From: Octopus sinensis
Taxonomy: Eukaryota
Direction: 5' to 3'
Length of the DNA stretch: 64,000 nucleotides
Assembly: GCF_006345805.1 (NCBI RefSeq)
Contig: NC_043015.1
Span: forward strand, 44,082,001 to 44,146,000
A model generated the notes under the pieces. It saw only the letters and a program-made list of their open reading frames with translations. It was not told the origin of the DNA and ran no database searches. Positions 55,433 to 64,000 of this stretch are shown piece after piece. The position numbers and the translations under genes were made by a program. Numbering within the stretch: position 1 is the stretch's first letter; each line of letters begins with the position of its first letter.

Positions 55433-55582
55433 AGAGTGGTTGTTTACTGTCAACTTAACGTGACAGTCCTGTAAGGGAATTTCACCACCGCTGTTTAGCG
55501 TCGATGCTTCCTAGGGCTAAACAGCGGTGGTGAAATTCCCTTACAGGATTGTCACGTTAAGTTGACAGTAAACAACCACTCT
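55433..55582. repeat. Fold-back inverted repeat (67-bp arms, 1 mismatch, 16-nt spacer)
   Basis: Arms 55433-55499 and 55516-55582. Confidence 0.95.
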
Positions 55583-55729
55583 GTATTTATTATTATTACT
55601 CGAGAATGTATAGGAGTTACGCAGCAACCCTAGAGATGCATATAAAGTATATTGGAAATAATTTCAGCATTAAACTCTAGGTCCTTGAGTAACGTCTGCT
55701 GTACTCTGTTAATGACGTTGATAGAGACG

Positions 55730-55772
<43 letters not shown>

Positions 55773-55786
55773 TGATGATGATGATG

Positions 55787-55829
<43 letters not shown>

Positions 55830-55840
55830 TAATAATAATA

Positions 55841-55921
55841 ACTTCCAACCTGTTGTCTCTTGAGGTCTCTGGGTGAGACTTGGAGGCAACTTGTACAAAT
55901 ATAAAGCAAAAGTCAAACATA
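55841..55921 (+). mobile_element. Probable extreme 3' stub of a retroelement within (AAT)n
   Basis: ~80-bp unique island flanked by (AAT)n on both sides; family assignment from memory only. Confidence 0.3.
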
Positions 55922-55922
55922 G

Positions 55923-55954
<32 letters not shown>

Positions 55955-56150
55955 AATCCTTTTTACTTGAGGCACAAGGCCTCAGATCTGGTGGGGTGGG
56001 GACTACTCAATTACATCGAGCCCCAGTGTTTCACTGGTACTTAATTTGTCGAATGTTAAACAGGACAGGGCCTGTTGAGGAAAAGAAATTATGTCGCGGT
56101 CTACCTCTATGTTGTGATCTTGATCTTGAACACACACACACACACTCACA

Positions 56151-56234
<84 letters not shown>

Positions 56235-56524
56235 ATAGTAAATGAATGTATTTAGTTTGTTCGGTAGATTCGCAGCGAGATAGGGCTTGCAGACGATCTG
56301 TGTTAACGATGGTTGTTGACAACTCTGTTCGGATCGAATTCAGGAATGATGGATGCCAACATTTCACGATTTTTGTGGCCATTGTGGCTTAACCGCGAGC
56401 GTTAAGAGGGGGTCGTCCTCAAGCGCTATCTCGCACAGAATCTGCCAAAGAATCAAAACACGTACCCTAAATATGTGCGATCGATAATATTTACACCGCT
56501 AGCGCTTCTTTAATTCACCATTGA

Positions 56525-56794
56525 ATATGAATATTCATATATATTATATATATATATATAATATTATATATATATATATACTATATATACATACATATAT
56601 ATATATATACATATATACATATATATACATATATATAATATTATATACATATATATACATACATATATACACTATATATATATACATATATATATACTTA
56701 TATATATATATATATATATACAATATATATATATATATAATATATACATATTATAATATATATACATATATATATATATAAACTATATATATAC

Positions 56795-56825
<31 letters not shown>

Positions 56826-56830
56826 CAATA

Positions 56831-56870
<40 letters not shown>

Positions 56871-56912
56871 CATTAATATATACATATATATATATATATA
56901 TATAATACAATA

Positions 56913-56952
<40 letters not shown>

Positions 56953-57040
56953 CATTATATATATAATATATATATACCTATATATATATAAAAATTACAT
57001 AATATTATATATATATACATTATATATATACATATATAAC

Positions 57041-57085
<45 letters not shown>

Positions 57086-57091
57086 TAATAC

Positions 57092-57147
<56 letters not shown>

Positions 57148-57233
57148 TACTATATATACATACATATATATACATTATATATACATATATATATATATAT
57201 ACATACATACATCTATACATACATATACAATAT

Positions 57234-57268
<35 letters not shown>

Positions 57269-57507
57269 CATACATATATATACATACATATACATATATA
57301 TTATATATATATATATATATCATACCTACATATATATACATACATATACATATATATATATATATATATACATACATACATATATATACATACTATATAT
57401 ACATATACATCATATATATACATATATATATACATACATATATATACATAATATATACATATTTATACATACATATATATACATATATATATACATACAT
57501 TATATAC

Positions 57508-57541
<34 letters not shown>

Positions 57542-57622
57542 TATATATACATATATACATATATATACACATACATATATATACATATATATATACATAC
57601 ATATATATACATATATATATAC

Positions 57623-57657
<35 letters not shown>

Positions 57658-57689
57658 CATATATATATACATATATTACATATATATAC

Positions 57690-57744
<55 letters not shown>

Positions 57745-57827
57745 TACATATATATACATACATATATACCATATATATATACATATATATATAATATATA
57801 CATACATACATATATATACATACATAC

Positions 57828-57868
<41 letters not shown>

Positions 57869-57887
57869 CATACATATATATACATAC

Positions 57888-57924
<37 letters not shown>

Positions 57925-57965
57925 CTACATATATATACATACATATACAATATATATATATATAT

Positions 57966-57996
<31 letters not shown>

Positions 57997-58010
57997 AATA
58001 TATATACGTA
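56525..58010. repeat. ~1.5-kb compound (TA)n/(TACA)n microsatellite
   Basis: Directly visible. Confidence 0.95.
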
Positions 58011-58772
58011 CTCATACGTGTGTGTGTATGTGTGTGTGTTTGTGTGGATATGTGTACATCTGTTTTCTTATCTGTGTATTTAGTTTCCTCCCCCCAACTT
58101 CCTCGAGCCTTTCCATGCATCGTTAACGATCGCGTGTTTATTCATTCATAACAAACACAGCATAAGTACTCCATCATTAATTATAATCGCTCCGCCAACC
58201 GTGAACATGAACACCGTGAAAATTACGCAAATGAAATTTTATCAGGCATTAATTTTGTTTACATTGTTTACATTTTCAATAACTGGACACTCACCCTTTC
58301 TGTTACTTTATCCTGGCATCTTAAGAAAAAAACGTACGATCGTATACTGATGCATTGATTGCTTGAAGCATTATCTTACGCAGCTCACAGCTGCCCATAT
58401 GCCTAATTTCACAGCAAGGCTAAATACGTACGGATGTTCGATAATATCGTATGATAAAGCATATTACATATATGGAGTGGCTGTTTTGTAAAAGGTTTGT
58501 TTTCAACCATATGGTTCCGGGTTTAATCCCATTGAGTGGCGCTATTACCTCGGGCCGACCAAAATCCTGTGAGTGGATTTGGTAGACGGAAAACTTTCAA
58601 CTAGTTACGGTCAAACAACTGACAAACAACTGGTACCGAGCAGAATATTTGCTGTAGCCCATCTTTTATAACAAGATAAATCAATGTACATGATAACACT
58701 TCCAATCAGTTAAGATCAGAAGCCATGAGAACCATGCCTGGTACCTCATCAGGGCAATTATCATCATCATCA

Positions 58773-58825
<53 letters not shown>

Positions 58826-59694
58826 GCTTTTGCACAACTTCTAACGCTGAAGATGTACTACGATGTTAGCTGTTCACCACCAGTGAACTAAGGTAATACA
58901 TCTTATTTTTCGAGCACCTTCCGAAGTATTCGAGCGGTTCCAAGCAATGCTGTTTTCTGCATGTGCTCCACCCTTATTGCAGCCCCCATTTCTTCCATGT
59001 ACTTCTCGCGATTTTTACTCACTGTTCCCAGGGCTCTGACAATTATTGGTACGACTACTACATTTTTCATCGACCACAACTGTTGTACCTCCCAAGCTAA
59101 CCTGTCATATTTATAGACTTCTCTTTCTTCCTTGTCAGCTGAGCATACTATATCTATGATCCAGCATAGTTTACTTTCTTTCTGAGTTAAGACTATGTCT
59201 GGTTTCCAATTCTCTATCTCGTAGTCGCACCGAATCATAAGATCTCACAGGATTTTTGCATTATCATTTTCGATGATGCCTTCGTATTTGCGGTAGTACC
59301 AGTTTTTTTTCTGTCAAGAAAATACTTGTTGCAAAGCGTCCAATGATCAACCTTGCTATATTGTCGTGGCGTCTCTTATATTCCTTCTGGGCTAGTGGCG
59401 TACATTGGCTCATAATATGCCATACGGTTTCACCATTTTGTCCACAGATTCTGCACATATCTCTTTCTGATGTGTTGTCTACTCTGTATTTTATGTAGTT
59501 TGTTCTTAGTGCTTGCTCTTGAGCAGCAAAAGATTAGAGCTTCCGTCTCCGGTTTTAAATCACTTTTAGTCATCCACAGCCATCTTTTTTTCTGTCTGTC
59601 TTATCTTCAATAACCCTATGAAATTATCCATGCATTCTTTTCTTTACCCGTCTATTTTCAGTTTCATTCATTTTCAGTTGCTTGTACAGCGCTT
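58826..59694 (-). mobile_element. 5'-truncated R4/Dong-type RLE retrotransposon
   Basis: LKPETEALIFAAQEQAL, CRICGQNGETVWHIMSQC, YKRRHD, KPDIV...IIDIVC...KY, QKTALLGTARILRKVL; (AAT)n on both sides on its sense strand. Confidence 0.9.
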
Positions 59695-59703
59695 TAATTA
59701 TTA

Positions 59704-59739
<36 letters not shown>

Positions 59740-60643
59740 GTAGTAGTAGTAGTAGTAGTAGTGGTAGCAGCAGCATCAGATTCTTTGTTATTGGTGGTTG
59801 GACTCATTTAAGCTGTTGATGATCAAATCCATGTCAAAGCTATATCTTTTCCAAGCACAAATCTCCATGGTAAAGTTCAGATAAGACTGATGAAAAAAAA
59901 AAAAACGAGATATTTGCTGCTGATTGTAGTAACAAGGTCGCCGTTGTCACGTGGTCGTCAACATCATCATCGATAATAACAACAACAACCTCCAAACCAT
60001 CACCACCACCACCACCACTACTAATAACAACAGCAGGGACAGGTAAACAACAAGTGGAACGTCATGCGTATATAAGATAATACAAGAGGGAAAATAACGA
60101 AGATTTCGTCGAAGATGACACGTCTAAATATAATTGATGAAGGCGATGAAACTAATGGTAGCGATGATGATGATGATGATGATGAGGGGAGGAGGAGGAA
60201 GAGAAATATTGTGATCGTAGTGATGGAGGTGAAAGATAAACTGATGTAGGAAATGACAATTGAAGAATACCTCCAGAACACGGATTAAAATCTTCCTCAA
60301 GCGGAAATTGAATTTCATCAAGTGATAACGAATTATACATACTTACATACATACATACATACATGCATACATACACACACATACATACATACATGCATAC
60401 ATGCATACATACATACATGAATACATACATGCATACATACATACATACATACACACATACATACATATATAATTACACACACACACGCATATATGTAGCT
60501 TTATGTAAATGAATAGATACTTATGCATACATGTATATGTATACGCATGTGTAATTACGCCCACGCGCACACACACATATCTAGAAAGATATCAATAGAA
60601 AGTGAAATAACTAAAGAGACAATGTTTACGTAACAATTAAAAG

Positions 60644-60674
<31 letters not shown>

Positions 60675-60744
60675 ATATATATACATACATACATATATAC
60701 AACACCAACACATTATATTATATAATACATACATATATTTACAT

Positions 60745-60796
<52 letters not shown>

Positions 60797-60990
60797 GCCA
60801 TGATAGATCGTTAGCCACTACACACATTTCTTCTCTCTTTGTTTCTCTCCTTGTTTTTTCTGTGTCCCTTTCTGTAGCAGAGCGTAGGCTCGAAACGTAA
60901 AATACTTTTTCTGTTCCCGAGCGTTATACTAATACATCTGTTTGTTTTGTACACCACCTGCCTTCGTCTTTTGTTTTTTTCGTAAACTCT

Positions 60991-61030
<40 letters not shown>

Positions 61031-61126
61031 AGCATACACACGTGCGTATATATTACTAGTGATACCCTGTACACTATGGGACGTTTTCACTCGAAATATA
61101 TAGTTTAGTAAAGATTTTAATTCTGC

Positions 61127-61297
61127 TGTGTCTGGGGAGAGCCATTTCCTTTTTGTGCCTTATAATTTAACACAATCACCGGTAAAATTTCCATTTATTT
61201 CTTATTTTTCTTTTCCTAAAATTTTCGTTACGTCTTGCAACCTTTTCAATAGTGTGTTAAATTATAAGGCACAAGAAAATGACTCTCCCCAGACACA
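61127..61297. repeat. Inverted repeat (~45-bp arms, ~78-bp spacer), MITE-like
   Basis: tgtgtctggggagag...gtgccttataatttaacaca / tgtgttaaattataaggcac...ctctccccagacaca. Confidence 0.85.
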
Positions 61298-62346
61298 AGA
61301 GAATACGCTTCAACACACGAACTCATATAATGAATCTTGCAAACCAAATCCAAAAACGAAATAAAGATTTTAAGTTAAACGTTTAACCTCTGTTTTTTTT
61401 TCTTCTGTATATTCAATCTATTCTTCGCTTCTTTGATTTTGGTTTCGAAAATATTGTTTTAATACTCATCACTGATATTACCTCAGAATTACTTAAGAAC
61501 AAACGAAAAATTACTCAATGCCCTGATTTAAGTCCCTAATAGAATAGTGTTGTCTGAGACGAACAGTAGCAACTTCTTTCTAATAAGTTTCTATGCTTGA
61601 GAACCACGATATGCGTTAAAGCCACAATTGCATTATATTTATAAGAAACAGTTTAGTACAGTTTTTCCATTTGTTTGCGCTCGTCAGAAAAAACTTGAAC
61701 GGCCGGCTCTTTATTTGAAAGACCACAGAATGCTTGCCAAAACATGGGCTCCGTTTAAGATATTTAACTTGGTGTTATTAAACCCGATGAAAGATAAATT
61801 CTGAAATATTAAATTTCTAAATGTCTCAAAGAGACATGAGCGGTAGTGGAGCGATAGAGTGGTTCTCTACTGTCAACTTAACGTGACAGTCCCGTAAAGG
61901 GAATTACACCACGGCTGTTTAGCCCTAGGAAGCATCGACGCTTCCTGACGGCTTCGACACATTTCCTGTGTCCTTATATATTTACGAAGGGGAGACAAAT
62001 ATCCCCAACCATACATATATTCATCGTTGTCGTCGTCATCATCTTCTTCTTCATCATCATCCATGTCTGGTTGTCGGCTTCAAGGTCGTCGTCTAGGTCG
62101 GCGGCCTCTTCCTCCTCTTCACGTCGTTGTCGTCGCCCCCTTTAACATCGTCGTTTCCGTCGAATCGTTGTCATTTTCGTCGTCGTTGTCGTCGTCGTCA
62201 TCATCATTTTATTTCGTTCCAAGTATTTCTACATATATCTTTGATGTTTGTGACTCAAAACAAAATTAATACGTTGCCTTTTTTATTAATTTTATTTTTA
62301 CTATTTCTCCTCTCCACCCCCAACCCATCCTTCTTCGACCCCCTAC

Positions 62347-62440
62347 CTACACACTGCACACAGACTGCGATACCAATCTGAAACAGTTGCGCTGCTGGTA
62401 GGCCACGTGGCAACAACGACGTCGCTGTCTTGGCCGACAT
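62347..62440 (-). CDS. Putative first coding exon (signal peptide) of an Ig-superfamily membrane protein gene
   Basis: AAAATG start; translates MSAKTATSLLPRGLPAAQLFQIGIAVCVQCV-G; ends AG|GTAGG in phase 1 and joins the Ig exon in frame (G+CA = Ala). Linkage across a ~23-kb intron is inferred. Confidence 0.55.
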
Positions 62441-63339
62441 TTTGTTAACACGTTGGTAGCGAAGTGAGATAATATGGCGGAAGGGAAGGAAAAAATAGTG
62501 AATGAGATTGGAGAAGGTGAGGCTCAGGTGATAGTATCAACGTAAAAAGAGCCAGGGAAAAACAGATGCTCATTGAGGTGCGAAGAAAAGAGATGGATAC
62601 TGTCAAAAGAAATCAAGTGGAAAAATGAAAAATCGGCAAAAGTTGCACATTATTCGCTTCATCTTCCTACTCCTACTTCGTCTATGCCTCTTTCTTCTTC
62701 TTCTTCATTATAGAAGAAATAAAAAAGTAAGAACAAAATTATAGGAGGGAAGAAAACGAAGAATTGTGTAAATATATCAAATATTATAAATGAATTGTGG
62801 GATAGTCAAGGTCTTAAAGAGTAAAAATGAAATTTGAAGAATAAAGAATTTTGATTTAGAATGATCTAGAAATGACCGAAGTAAATGTATGTGGGAGGAA
62901 ATTACTGGGAAGTTTGTTAGGGAGCGATTGAGAGAAAGATAGATGCAGATAGACAGATAGACAGATAGATAACTAGCTAGATAGAGATAGATAGATAAAT
63001 AGGTAGATAGATAGATATATATATAGATAGATAGATAGATGGATGGATAGATAGATAGATAGATAGATAGACAGATATATATATAGATAAATAGATTGAT
63101 AGATACATACAGATAAATAGATAGATAGATAAATAGATAGATAGATAGATAGATACAGATAGATAGATAGACAAATAGAAAGGCAGATAAATAGATAAAT
63201 ACAGATAGATAGATAGATAGATAGATAGATAAATAAAGAGACCAATATAGATATACATAGATAGACAGGTAGATATTCAGAGATAGAGAGGACTGTATAG
63301 TTAAGAGAAAGATCAACAAGAAGAGAAACACAGAGAGCG

Positions 63340-63380
<41 letters not shown>

Positions 63381-63570
63381 TAAGGCAGAGAGAGAGAGAG
63401 ATTAGAGACGAAAAGAGGCAAAACAAACAAGTAAAAGATAGCTATATCTTCGTGAGAGAAAGTAGAGTGTGAGATTGAGAAGAGATAGACGACGTGTGTG
63501 CGTGTGTGTGTGCGCGGGAGTTTGCTCGCTGGTGTGAGAGAGTAAGGCAAAGCTAGTGTGTGTGTAAGAG

Positions 63571-63615
<45 letters not shown>

Positions 63616-64000
63616 GAGAAAGAAGAGAGAGAGGAGAGAGAGAGATGGAAAATAGAGAGGAAAAGAGAGATAGAATGATTGAGAGACACTACGAAGAGAG
63701 AACGAAAGAGATATAAAATTAATAACAAGAAGAGCAGAAGGATAAAGGAACGGGACGGAATGGGACAGGCGTACACAGATATTATTCGTTTATTATTCAT
63801 CATATTTTACTGGTTACACTGTTTTCGTTGAAGCCATGCCAGAATAAGGCGTGGGTGCCACTTCTAATGATTTTAGAAGATTCTACCAGTGTTTAGTCAT
63901 TTTTTAATTTTATATGTTTCTATCGAAAGATTGCATACACCTTTGGCAAAAAAGTGCGTAACTAAATAGATACCTCTAGGCATTATTTCATTCTTCAGAG

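Noticed and set aside
62000-62230. Asp/Glu-rich reading on the minus strand
   Set aside because: Degenerate (GAC/GAT)n low-complexity sequence with stops and no splice signals.

Overview
AT-rich, microsatellite- and SINE-saturated animal DNA. The SINE families and repeat landscape look like an octopus (coleoid cephalopod); this is inference. Most of the window appears to be the introns of one minus-strand gene for a small type-I membrane Ig-superfamily protein. Reconstructed by hand, its exons are: putative signal peptide 62440-62347, Ig domain 39177-38842, transmembrane 17310-17206, and an 84-nt acidic cytoplasmic exon present twice (14988-14905 and 13693-13610) inside a ~1.26-1.3 kb tandem duplication. 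All junctions are phase 1 and join in frame. The introns hold a ~5.85-kb full-length Tx1/L1-clade LINE (42909-48750, +), an internally deleted mariner nested in an R4/Dong-type RLE retroelement, further RLE fragments, decayed Penelope-like (PLE) RT fragments, non-autonomous Helitron/Helentron-like elements and at least three tRNA-derived SINE families. Most interesting observations: (1) several unrelated short (TA)n-embedded repeat families each carrying a minimal hammerhead-ribozyme-like motif; (2) the symmetric exon duplication; (3) a SINE whose 3' tail matches the 3' end of the Tx1 LINE; (4) an apparent strand-polarity rule for retroelements in (ATT)n/(AAT)n arrays. All calls were made by eye with no database searches. 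Repeat boundaries are approximate.
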